64,000 nucleotides of DNA, from the NCBI RefSeq assembly GCF_026571515.1, contig NW_026851848.1, positions 124,001 through 188,000 of the forward strand, given 5' to 3'. Under the pieces are notes generated by a model. That model saw only the letters and a list, made by a program, of their open reading frames with translations, made no database searches and was not told the origin of the DNA. Both the position numbers and the translations under genes were made by a program. This document shows, piece after piece, positions 1 through 11,151 of the stretch (within the stretch, counting starts at the first letter, position 1; every line of letters begins with the position of its first letter). This stretch comes from Ruditapes philippinarum (Eukaryota).

Positions 1-1500
1 CTTCACCACGACTCTCGTGTTTGTCTTGACGTCATATATACAGACAGTATGCTCGGATCTATCTGTAAGCACCACTTTGTCACTGTTCCTTATGTAAGTA
101 TAAGCATTTGTCGTCACAGAATATGACTTACTCGGAAAGTTGATATTGAAATCTTTCTCTTTTCCTGTAGATGATATTATACGTACAGGTGATGAATGAT
201 TATTTGTCTCGCCGACGAAATATTTATCATCTTTATGACATATCGAGTAATATTTTGTTGTCACTTTGATTGTTCTATCTAAAGTTATATCATTAGATTT
301 GTTAACACGTAGAATGTCTAACTTTAATGCACCACCACTTGTTATCGCTACTTCATCCTCAGATACAGCAACTACAGATTGTGGCGGGTAAGATAACTGA
401 TATGATCCTACTTTCTTAAGCCTCTCATTGTAAACTAAACATTTCTCGTTTTTATTATCCACAGCAACAAGTCTACCATCAGGTAAGAAATCAATCCCTG
501 CATACAATGGCTCTTTTTCTTTACTTCTTTTCTGCTTTAAATCAATTGAATTTACTAGTGTGGTTCTCATTGCCTTGTTAACAGGAGCAATAACTTTTGC
601 TGTTTCTGATAGACAAAACTTTACAGACAATTGTCCTGGAACATAATCAGTGATTGGTAGAGGGGGAAGTTTTAATGTTTCATCAAAATCAAAGGTTACA
701 GTCACGGTCTCTAAATCATGACATTCTGCACCGACGTTTGTGTGAAGAACATTGACGTCATTCTTCATCTTCTGCTCTACTATAAACTGTTGTACCAGGG
801 ATCCGTTCTGATACACGTTGTCAATCGTTTCAAGACACGTTGCTATATCAGCTAGATATTTCTTGGTCTGTGACTGCTTCATTGTCAGCTTTTTTAATGT
901 CTCATTTTGAAACATTTCAACGTGTTTAACAACGGAAATTTCCAACTCGTCAAACATTTTGATTACTTCATCCCGCATTCGCTTGATTTTAATTGGCATT
1001 TCTGTAATATCCTCATCAAGTTTCGCTTTTGATGAGACAATGCTGTCTACGATTATGTTAGCCTTCTGTCTCATTTCCTGCAATTTATTCTTTAAAGTTG
1101 AACCTCTGTAGGTTTTCCTTTCAACGACCTTCTGAATTTCCACAACGCTCTGACATTTACGATGATCAACAATAGCACAGGTACTGCAGCAGAGCAGATT
1201 CTCATCCTCGCAGAAGAATTTTAGAACTTCCTGATGTTGATAACATTGATCTAATCCTTTCATGTCAAACGAGCTTTGTTTTGTTTTCGCCTCATTCGCG
1301 TTCACTAACACGTGACTTCTTAAAAATGCGTGTGTGTTGTGAACGTTGGAACATTCCAAGCACTGAAATTCATCACACGTCGAACAAAACTTTTCCGCTA
1401 TCGTTTGTTTATCCTTACTTAAACATGGTTGACAAATTATTTGTTTTCCCTTCCCGGGAACTTCATATTTTTCTTTATAGATACACCCCTTCTCCGCCAT
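1..1500 (-). CDS. Intronless RING-less TRIM-like protein (B-box1, B-box2, coiled coil, C-terminal beta-propeller), 3'-truncated by the window edge
   Basis: ATG at 1500 (GCC-AT context on + strand), 500 codons to position 1 with no stop found. MAEKGCIY...CQPCLSKDKQTIAEKFCSTCDEFQCLECSNVHNTHAFLRSH (B-box1); CYQHQEVLKFFCEDENLLCCSTCAIVDHRKC (B-box2); helical K/E-rich segment; GIDFLPDGRLVAVDNKNEKCLVY / PQSVVAVSEDEVAIT (NHL-like blades). Absent from the ORF track because no stop lies in the window. Confidence 0.9.
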   Translation of the reverse strand, partial: MAEKGCIYKEKYEVPGKGKQIICQPCLSKDKQTIAEKFCSTCDEFQCLECSNVHNTHAFLRSHVLVNANEAKTKQSSFDMKGLDQCYQHQEVLKFFCEDENLLCCSTCAIVDHRKCQSVVEIQKVVERKTYRGSTLKNKLQEMRQKANIIVDSIVSSKAKLDEDITEMPIKIKRMRDEVIKMFDELEISVVKHVEMFQNETLKKLTMKQSQTKKYLADIATCLETIDNVYQNGSLVQQFIVEQKMKNDVNVLHTNVGAECHDLETVTVTFDFDETLKLPPLPITDYVPGQLSVKFCLSETAKVIAPVNKAMRTTLVNSIDLKQKRSKEKEPLYAGIDFLPDGRLVAVDNKNEKCLVYNERLKKVGSYQLSYPPQSVVAVSEDEVAITSGGALKLDILRVNKSNDITLDRTIKVTTKYYSICHKDDKYFVGETNNHSSPVRIISSTGKEKDFNINFPSKSYSVTTNAYTYIRNSDKVVLTDRSEHTVCIYDVKTNTRVVVK

Positions 1501-3184
1501 TTTGAAAATAGAGTAAACTTATAGAGTGACTTGTTCAAATGGATAAAATATTAGTGTTCTACTTTGATAATGAGTGTACATGTATACGATATGAGGGTAA
1601 ACTTTAAACTGATAATCAAAATGTTAGCTACGATGTGAACAATTTCAATATTATATATTTTGAATGCGTTTTACGTACTAACTTACATGTATTGGGGTAT
1701 ATTTCAAGCAAAATGGTGATTCAGTTTTATCAATGTGATGCAGCATTTTTAAATGAAGTCGTAACGATCGTCAAATAAACTGGCGTCACCAATAATGTTC
1801 AAAAGCGTTATAAATTAAGTTTCCAAAAATAATAAAATTTGTCTTGAATAATTCAGAAATGATTACATTTTGAGAATATTGAAAAGGGTTAAATGTCAAA
1901 ATTGACCGTTATGTTGGAACTGTCAAGTCACGGCTATTTGATATATCGACAAATGACTTTTCCTTATCAAAATTATTCATTTAAAATATGACCATCCTAA
2001 AGCAATACCTCCGTTAAATAGGCTAGAGCTTCTGTTAACTACATTGAGACTTAGGACCAAGAAGGGTCAACTTTTTGCTTTTTTTTCCTTCTTCTTTTAA
2101 CATTATTTATGTATCTCTCATATCCTTTTTGGGAAGAAAATAGTGTTAAATTATAATTATTTAATCAATATAGGTTAATCCTAATTTAAAAACAAATATA
2201 GTACCTGATATTTTCAAAGTGTAATATAATCAAAACAACCCAGTAAAAGTATTTAGTGTTTTAAAAGACCAACCAATATCCTTTTGCGAAAAAAATAAGG
2301 AAACTTTGAAAACAGGCACTCATTTTGATAAATTATAACATTTTTTTTTATTGGGCTCTCTAAGCAAGAAAATGACAAACGCGTGTTATGGGTGGGTTAG
2401 GGTAACATTTTTCATACATATTTCATATATTTTGACCATAAAAATCATGTTGCTTATGTGGATTGTTAGCTGCATGCATGTTTTGTTTCTTACCAAAAAT
2501 TAATTGGAAAACATTTTCGTAAGGATGGTTATTGTACTGTGTAGATAATTTGAAGGTTCCTTATTTCTGAAAAGGGGCACTTTTTAACTCAAAGCTTAAG
2601 TCCAGAACAGTACGTGGCCTTTACGCGATTTCGGTAGGGTAAAGTTAGTTTAATTTTTTCATACATGTGTCCTTTAAGGTGTATACCTGACCCATCTTGT
2701 CAATTTTTCATAATCGTCAGCGGACAAGTTTCCTTAAAATGTTCTTTATTATTTAACTCAAGTGCGGATGTTACTTAAAATAATTAATTATACAAATAAT
2801 CATGTATAATGTAATGTATAATGTGTAATGTATACATGTATAATTCTTGAATTCTGCATAATTATTAGTGATTTATATATCAAAATGGGTCTGTCATTTT
2901 GAATCCAAACACAACTATCTTGAAAATCTTTAGCCTATAGTTCAGTTGATTCTGAGACAAAGTATGTTTCAGGTTGTTTAAAAATTAAACAAGCAAATTC
3001 GTTGAATTTATATCCCCCGCCGAGTACTGGTTATTATTAACACAACAACTGAAGATATAATGCTTTATTTATATATTAATCATGGCATAAACAGTAATAT
3101 TCTTTGAACTTGATAAATATTCAGGGCAATAACAGAGCCATAACTTTGTGTTAAATAGTAAAATCTGGAAATGCCAATGAGATG

Positions 3185-4665
3185 TATGCATACTACATAA
3201 CTAATCAAGGGCCATAAATCTGAGTTATAAGTATCTGACTGGAACAAGGCGACTATATGCATATCTCCTCTTAGTATCCCATAAAGTTTCATTGAATTCC
3301 AGCCAGTAGTAGCAGAGAAGTAGCGAGGAAACAAATATTTTTTTATATGGATACTGCATAACTAATCAAGGACCATAACTCTGAGTTAAAGTGTCTGACC
3401 GGAACAAGCCGACGATATGCGCATCTCCTCTTGGTATTGAAGGTTCCCATAAAGTTTCGTTGAATTCCAGCCAGTAGTTGCAGAGAAGTAGTGCGGAAAC
3501 GATTTTTACTCTATATGCATACTACATAACTAATCAAGGGCCATAACTCTGAGTTAAAGGGTCTGACCGGAACAAGCCGACGATATGCGCATCTCCTCTT
3601 GATATTGATGATTCCCATAAAGTTTCGTTGAATTACAGCCAGTAGTTGCAGAGAACTACTCCGGAAACGATTTTTACTCCATATGCGTATTGCATAACTA
3701 ATCAAGAGTTAAAGTGTCTGACCCGAACAAGCAGACGATATGCGCATCTCCTCTTGGTATTGAAGGTTCCCATAAAGTTTCGTTGAATTCCAGCCAGTAG
3801 TTGCAGAGAAGTAGCGCGGAAATGATTTTTACTCCATATGCATACTGCATAACTAATCAAGGGCCATAACTCTGAGTTAAAGTGTCTGACCCGAACAAGC
3901 CGACGATATGCGCATCTCCTCTTAGTATTGATGATTCCCATAAAGTTTCGTTGAATTCCAGCCAGTAGTTGCAGAGAAGTAGTGCGGAAACGATTTTTAC
4001 TCTATATGCATACTACATAACTAATCAAGGGCCATAACTCTGAGTTAAAGTGTCTGACCGGAACAAGCCGACGATATGCGCATCTCCTCTTGATATTGAT
4101 GATTCCCATAAAGTTTCGTTGAATTCCAGCCAGTAGTTGCAGAGAACTACTCCGGAAACGATTTTTACTCTATATGCATACTACATAACTAATCAAGGGC
4201 CATAACTCTGAGTTAAAGGGTCGGACCGGAACAAGCCGACGATATGCGCATCTCCTCTTGGTATTGATGATTCCCATAAAGTTTCGTTGAATTCCAGCCA
4301 GTAGTTGCAGAGAAGTAGTGCGGAAACGATTTTTACTCTATATGCATACTACATAACTAATCAAGGGCCATAACTCTGAGTTAAAGTGTCTGACCGGAAC
4401 AAGCCGACGATATGCGCATCTCCTCTTGATATTGATGATTCCCATAAAGTTTCGTTGAATTCCAGCCAGTAGTTGCAGAGAACTACTCCGGAAACGATTT
4501 TTACTCTATATGCATACTACATAACTAATCAAGGGCCATAACTCTGAGTTAAAGGGTCTGACCGGAACAAGCCGACGATATGCGCATCTCCTCTTGATAT
4601 TGATGATTCCCATAAAGTTTCGTTGAATTCCAGCCAGTAGTTGCAGAGAACTACTCCGGAAACGA
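3185..4665. repeat. Tandem array, 9 copies of a ~168-bp unit
   Basis: CTAATCAAG anchor at 3201, 3362, 3530, 3698, 3853, 4021, 4189, 4357, 4525. Confidence 0.95.
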
Positions 4666-4697
4666 AATTCGGACGGACGGATGGACGGACGTTCTAA

Positions 4698-4852
4698 CAG
4701 GAGAGTAATTATGTGGCTACTCTATTGTTCTCTCTATTGTTCTTTTTAGCCACACAAAAGAAAATAGCCACATAAAAGCATTACGGAATGAATGACATCA
4801 AAGAGAAAGAACAGTTACCTATTGTCCCTCTAGCCACATAATTACTCTCCTG
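4698..4852. mobile_element. 155-bp MITE nested in the HINE microsatellite
   Basis: Perfect 22-bp TIR CAGGAGAGTAATTATGTGGCTA at 4698-4719 and 4831-4852. No clean TSD. Confidence 0.7.
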
Positions 4853-5655
4853 AGAGTGCGGAAGGAAGGACGGACGGACAGACAACGCCAAAACTACATC
4901 CCCCTCCCGATTCCATCGGCGGGGGATAACAAGAAAATATATTATCGTCAGTCCTTTAGACACGAGTAACTAAGTCGTGTACACGAGATACTATGTCGTG
5001 TAAGTGTGTAATGGAGTTTGCGTTATGAATGTAAACTAGTATAGTTTTCGGCGAACCGACTGCTGTGACATGTGGTCCCTGTATTTTATCATCCTTCAGT
5101 ATGGTTCCTGTGCTTGTCTTAATATTGTCACAGGGTCAAATATTTCTTGTAGAAAGAAACAAACTCTGGGCGTAGGTTCGATGTTTTTAATGACTCCAAA
5201 TAAAAATGGTCTAAAAATATAATAAAATAATTATACATCTTACAAATACAATACATAGAAAAACAAAATACAATGAAATAACAATATATACACAATCGAC
5301 GCGGAATAAGAAAATACATAAGAAATACAATTAATATTCTAATATTAATACTATTCTTACCACAGCGTCTGTAATTAAACTATTTCAATATAAATTGAAA
5401 AAGGTAAAGTAAATGTAGATCTATATAAATGTTAAGTTTTTACTATGTCTGACTCGTAAGAGATGACTGTAAAGAGTGAGCGGGACAGGAAAAGCAAACA
5501 GTGCGCAGAAGTAAAAACTATTTAAAAGAACCAATGGATATCTCTCTCACATAGAATCATACATAACAAACACAACCATTGGATAAGTTACCAGAAAGAA
5601 AGAGTGACCAGTGTTCACGATATTGCACGGGTGAGATCGACAATGTACATCATTT

Positions 5656-6010
5656 AGCAGAGGTTTACGTGCTAGCGAAAGGAATTATCCGGCACATAAG
5701 TTAAAGTTTTTATGTCTTAAGTGGGCCATAACTGACAAATTCCATGATTATTTGTATGGAAATTCTTTTTTAGTCAGGACAGACAATAACCCCTTGACAT
5801 ATGTAACCACCTCGGCCAAGCTGGATGCTGCAGGTCATCGCTGGTTAGCAGCTTTAAGTAACTATGATTTTAAAATTGTTTACAGGTGTGGAAAATCAAA
5901 TGCTGATGCTGATGGCTTAAGCAGACGACCTAGAAATCCTGCAAAGGAAACTGTTTTATTATCAGATGTTATTAAGGCAATGTGTAATTCAGCTTTATTG
6001 AAATCTGATG
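5656..6010 (+). mobile_element. Ty3/Gypsy pol fragment (RNase H domain)
   Basis: SRGLRASERNYPAHKLKFLCLKWAITDKFHDYLYGNSFLVRTDNNPLTYVTTSAKLDAAGHRWLAALSNYDFKIVYRCGKSNADADGLSRRP. No RT, integrase or LTRs visible. Confidence 0.9.
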
Positions 6011-7205
6011 TACTTCCTTACAACACAAATATAATATGCAAATTCCTGTATAAACAACTAATACCTCTGTACACCGTACACCTCTGGCTTCTGCATACAA
6101 AATCGAAATGACCTCTTCAAAATAAACCGAATATCAGCTTCAACACAAAATAAAAGTACAGTGTTACCTGGCAAGATAATAAATTCCTCCTTGCGCGCGA
6201 AAATCCTCCAAATGAATTTGCTAGCTAGCTAGACTTTTAAATAAACAGTGTTTAAAATATTGACTTTATTTGATTTTACCCATGAAATAAGATGATATGT
6301 CAGACAAATAAACTGTTGTTTGTTTGACCCGTGTAAGACTCGAACTCAAACCCTGTGGTGGCTAAGACAGAAAACTGAACTTCCGTTTTAACCTAATTTG
6401 AAATGTGTTAAAATATATTAATAAATATGCACCGCAATTATTACAGAATAAAAACATTTACATACTGGTACATGTATTCATGAAGTTAATAAAAGTTAAA
6501 ATTTGTTGATTTCTTTAATGTTTATATGTCTTCAGAACTTATGATAAAGACTTTAAGTGCGCTAAATGTATGCTATCGTTATTGCGCTTTTGCCCTACGC
6601 ATAATGCACGTGCGCGAAATGCAACATACGTTGCTATGGAAAATCGTATTGTAAAAAGGTCTATAGAAATTATATAATTACAATTCCGTGATATTCTCCA
6701 TCGTCTTTTTATTTTTATATTCACATGTTAGTTCATGTATTTTGTTATTCTTTTCACGCATTGGGTATCGCGTGAAGTCCACCCAATACGATTACAGATA
6801 AAGCATTTCCGCGGGAGATGTACGTCATTATCTAGTTGATTTCCCAGATGTTTATCCACAACCAATGAAAAGAGCTTCGGCTGTTAAAATGGCCAGTCGA
6901 ATAAACCCTTACAAGAGCATCGTAGCCAAAGCACGTCGGGAAATATTCTGTTGCACTCAAAAGAAAGTAAACAAACATGTCGGTGATTGAAAAACATATT
7001 TCAACGGCAACTTGGTGAGGATCCCTAAGCAATGATGAATAAGTGTTATGTTACCTCCCCTTTTCCCTGATTGTACCTGTCATGCTATAGCCGCTCTGGT
7101 GCATATCGCAGGAAAATAGTTTGCTTTGCTCGAAAATTTATGAAGTTGTTATATATAGGCCTGCAATTAGATGTCATGACGACATCCGGACAGATGTAGA
7201 TAATT

Positions 7206-7440
7206 GAGCCGCGTCACGACAAAACCAACATAATGCATTTGCGACCAGCATGGATCCAGACCAGCCTGCACGTCCGCGCAGTCTGATCAGGATCCATGCC
7301 GTTCGCTATCGGTTTCTCTACTTGTTTTAGAGTTTGTAAGCGAACAGCATGGATCCTGATCAGACTGTGCGGATGCGCAGGCTGGTCTGGATCCATGCTG
7401 GTCGCAAACCCATTATGTTGGTTTTGTTGTGACACGGCTC
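7206..7440. mobile_element. Palindromic MITE, ~100-bp arms, GAG...CTC termini (Sola-like, tentative); copy 1
   Basis: GAGCCGCGTCACGACAAAACCAACATA...TATGTTGGTTTTGTTGTGACACGGCTC; same family as 31033-31269. Confidence 0.85.
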
Positions 7441-8329
7441 ATATTTTGCTACATGTAAAATATTTACCTTAATTAATGACTCCGGTGATTTGATAATCAA
7501 TAATTAGTTTCATATTAAGGTTAAATTGTCGAGGATTGAAATCATTTCCGGGTTTAAGCTAAAGAAAAAACGTCTATAGTCATCATCGGAAGTGGTTTAA
7601 TGCTCGATATGTGAGAGTTTTCACCCTATATCTACGTCTCTATGACCGCCTATTACAATTCCCCCCTCCCTTATTAGATAAATAAAATCCACCTAGATTA
7701 TAAACATGTTATAATACAATAAAAACAACTACTGAATATAGTTACTTGAACCAATTCACATAAACAATTATTCTTTATTGAATTAAGTGTTTTTGTTGTT
7801 ATTTTTTTGACATGGTACGTAAAACATTTTTAGATATTTTCACTTTTGCTTCTCGCAGAACTCCTCGGTTTCATACAGTTGACAATAACTATTCAAATGC
7901 TATTGAAATGTTGCGAATGCTATCGTGAGGCGGACGTCTTCAGGGATGTATATACATACAAACAGTTCCTAATGCTTCGTTGGTTTCTAGTACATTTGTA
8001 CTTTCAGTATTTTAATTTCATAACAGGACAAAACAAGGTTACGTACGACACAAGATTTTTTTCATGAAGCTTTTATTCTATGTACAATGTTCATTTCATG
8101 AAAAGATAAAACAAGTAAAGAGCCCGAAACATTCAAGCCATATCGTTACACTAGAATTGAAAATACATTTTAATCGTTATGTGTATTCTTTTAACTCAAA
8201 GATAAAACATAAGATAACCAAAGTTACAAAAAAGTTACGTCATCATTTGTTACATGCAAAAATATTAAGTTCCACTAAATGTATGTTATCTTTTGTTCCA
8301 TGAACATACTCAAATGTATAAAATCTATG

Positions 8330-9075
8330 GCAAATGTACAAAATTTATTACATCTTTTGTTACATTGACATAAACAATAGTATAAATTGTACGGCATCTT
8401 TTGTTACATTAACATAATCAATTGTGCAAAATGTATGGCATTTTTTTGTTACATATATATAGTCAAAGTACAAAATATAATGGCATCTTTAGTAACATTA
8501 AAATAATCAATCAAACAAAATGTATGGCATGTTTTGTTACAGTAAAATAATCAATCGTACAAAATGTATGGCATCTTTTGTTACATTAAAATAATCAGCC
8601 ATAAAATGTATGGCATATTTTGTAACATTAACATAATCAATCATACAAAATGTATAGCATTGCTTTTTACATCAACATTAAATTGTATATTATGTAAGGC
8701 ATCTTTTGTTACATTAAAATAATCAATTGTACAACATGTATGGCATCTTCTGTACCTTAACAAAGTCAATTGTACACAATGCATGACATCTTTTGATACA
8801 TTAACATAATCAATTGTACAAAATGTACGGCATCTTTTGTACCTTAACAAAGTCAATTGTACACAATGCATGGCATCTTTTGTTACATTAACATAATCAA
8901 TTGTACGGCATCTTTTGTACCTTAACAAAGTCAATTGTACACAATGCATGGCATCTTTTGTTACATTAACATAATCAATTGTACAAAATGTACGGCATAT
9001 TTTGTACCTTAACAAAGACAATTGTACACAATGCATGACATCTTTTGTTACATTAACATAATCAATTGTACAAAA
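8330..9075. repeat. 43/44-bp minisatellite, partly an 87-bp dimer
   Basis: CAATTG anchors at 8724, 8767, 8811, 8854. Explains the 29-aa repeat in ORF 8641-9162. Confidence 0.9.
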
Positions 9076-10218
9076 TGAGGGTAATAGCTGCACAATAAGC
9101 AAAAGTGTCCTACAGGTATCCTGTGTAAGATTCTTGCAATGCTTACTAGATTTTTCGTACAATGAATCATTCTATTAGAAATAATTTACACCAGCTCATG
9201 AACTATTTTTCCAACTTAAATGACCAAGATTTGTAAAACAGATGTAATGATTAGTCTTCTACATTGATATATAAATGTGAAACAAATGAGTTTTGAAAAA
9301 GAATGATAAATACCTCTCTTCTATTTCACCAAATTGAATGAATGTCATGTTCATTTTCGATGAACGTTACTTTGAAAATAATATTCTAAATCATTTGTCA
9401 ATGATATATCGTGTCTGTATGCGTTTCTTTCATATTATTAAGTTATCATTCTAAGCCCCAAAAACTTTTAATTTAATTTTTCAAAGCTTTTTTTATTTTG
9501 GTCTAATTTTTAAGTCATCAAAAAATACTCATTGGCCAATTATCTAAACCATATTTTCTTAGTTAGTATAGTTATAGTGATTCAGTATTTAGTATGGAAG
9601 TTAAAATACTACTTTGCATTTTGCTTCTTTTATAACAAACAATTTTACATTAAGCAGTACTTTCTCCAGGAAACAAGCATCTTATATGCTCTTAAAACCC
9701 ATTGTTTCAACATTTTAAAATTATTAAAAGACATATTGGGACATAATAGAAAATATTCATTTGAAAGCATGTTTGGAGCGAGACCCCCCCCCCCCCATGC
9801 GCCTTGGATTTGTCTTATGTGTATCAGAATATACATAAAATATTATATAACATCAAGGTATTTTTTATTTATAAAATACGCACACAACAATATGACTAAC
9901 GACCCTCGAATTACTAGTAGAATGATATACACACCCTGCAAAATGCATCTCGTCGAAAATTTGTCACCTCCTTTGGTAAAAAAGTCTTGGATTTGCGCCT
10001 GTGTTGTTAAAGCAAACTAATTAAGATTGTACAAAAAATCAAGTAGTATATATTATGTATACTATTCCATAGTACAATATAGCTATTGTGGTAACATGAA
10101 AAGTGTTTATAACATTTAATGTGGAGATACAATCACAAACTTGCAGATATATCTTCTAATTTACATGTAATTGATGGAATATGCTTATATATGCTTATAA
10201 TATCATCTTTTTTTTTAA

Positions 10219-10566
10219 AGCAGCACGCCTCCAGATTCATTCTAATTTTCATGAAAATTTTGAAAATTAATTTGAATGTGTAATATTGTGAAATAACCAA
10301 AAGGAAGCAATTTACACATTCTCAATGACACTTACAAACCACATAAATTACCAAAAAGTGGTCAAAGTTTGTATAAATAGCATTTACTGCGTTAGTAACG
10401 CAGTAGAAATATAGTTGTTAATACTGAAAAAATCAATAATTAATCGCACATTATATGTAAAATATTACTTGAATCTTGAAACATTTTACTTTTCCTTACA
10501 TCTAAGTCAATTTTTTTCAAGTTTGATTATATTGAAATATTTTGACTTATCTGAAGGCATGTAGCT
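10219..10566. mobile_element. TTAA-flanked MITE (Kolobok-like)
   Basis: TTAA|AGCAGCACGCCTCCAGAT...ATCTGAAGGCATGTAGCT|TTAA; inverted copy at 50070-50364. Confidence 0.7.
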
Positions 10567-10859
10567 TTAAAGATGCAACAGTCTCAAACATTATGATATT
10601 TACATCTATTTACAAATGGAACCTTTATTTTTATATGTTTCTAAATTCATAAAAAGACAAGTTTTCCCACAACAACTTAACTGCTTAATTTCTTTTTTTT
10701 CCTAACAATTTTTAATCTAAAAAAATGTCTTGTTGCCAGTAAAGCGAACAGTGGATATATGTTTATGTTGAACTTTTGTTCTTCACAGTTATTATACTTA
10801 AATTTGAATTGAACGTAAATTGCTATTTACTGTTGTATCTTTGTCCTGCCTATTTAAAC

Positions 10860-11056
10860 ACATGTTTTTGGTCATAGCTATGCGGTAAACTGGCTTTCCT
10901 GGATAACTAAAAGTTACGTATCGATTATCCGAAAGTAACCAACAAAAAATCCCTTTTGATATCTGAACCAGCGTGAGAGACACATTTAATGACGAGATCT
11001 GAAACCCCTATATTACTATTATTATCTAATGGTCTCCCTATTGAGCTAAGCGGGAA
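10860..11056 (-). mobile_element. Degraded tRNA-derived SINE
   Basis: Shares ACTGGCTTTCCTGGATAACTAA with 51969; A-box-like TAGCTCAATAGG on the minus strand near 11050. Confidence 0.5.
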
Positions 11057-11151
11057 ACTATTTTACTTTTGTAACCACCGGTAATATGATATTAAGAACT
11101 GCAGAAACCGTGAGACGAGCATCTTAAAGCAGTAAATGTTTGATTATTTCA

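Larger units (their letters stand above)
2988..4928 (+). mobile_element. Non-autonomous Helentron/HINE (pearl/CvA-like) element with an internal 168-bp satellite array
   Basis: AACAAG start; sub-TIR TATCCCCCGCCGA (3011-3023) inverted at 4916-4928; 3' hairpin partner at 4898-4910; (GGAC)n microsatellite; central tandem array. Confidence 0.8.

Noticed and set aside
3185-4665. CRISPR-like or coding repeat
   Set aside because: Contiguous tandem units without unique spacers, no cas genes, eukaryotic context.
5752-6111. Host gene or intact retrotransposon
   Set aside because: Isolated Gypsy RNase H fragment; homology ends near 6010 and no LTRs are evident.
8641-9162. Cys-rich 173-aa repeat ORF
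   Set aside because: Translation of the 87-bp minisatellite dimer.
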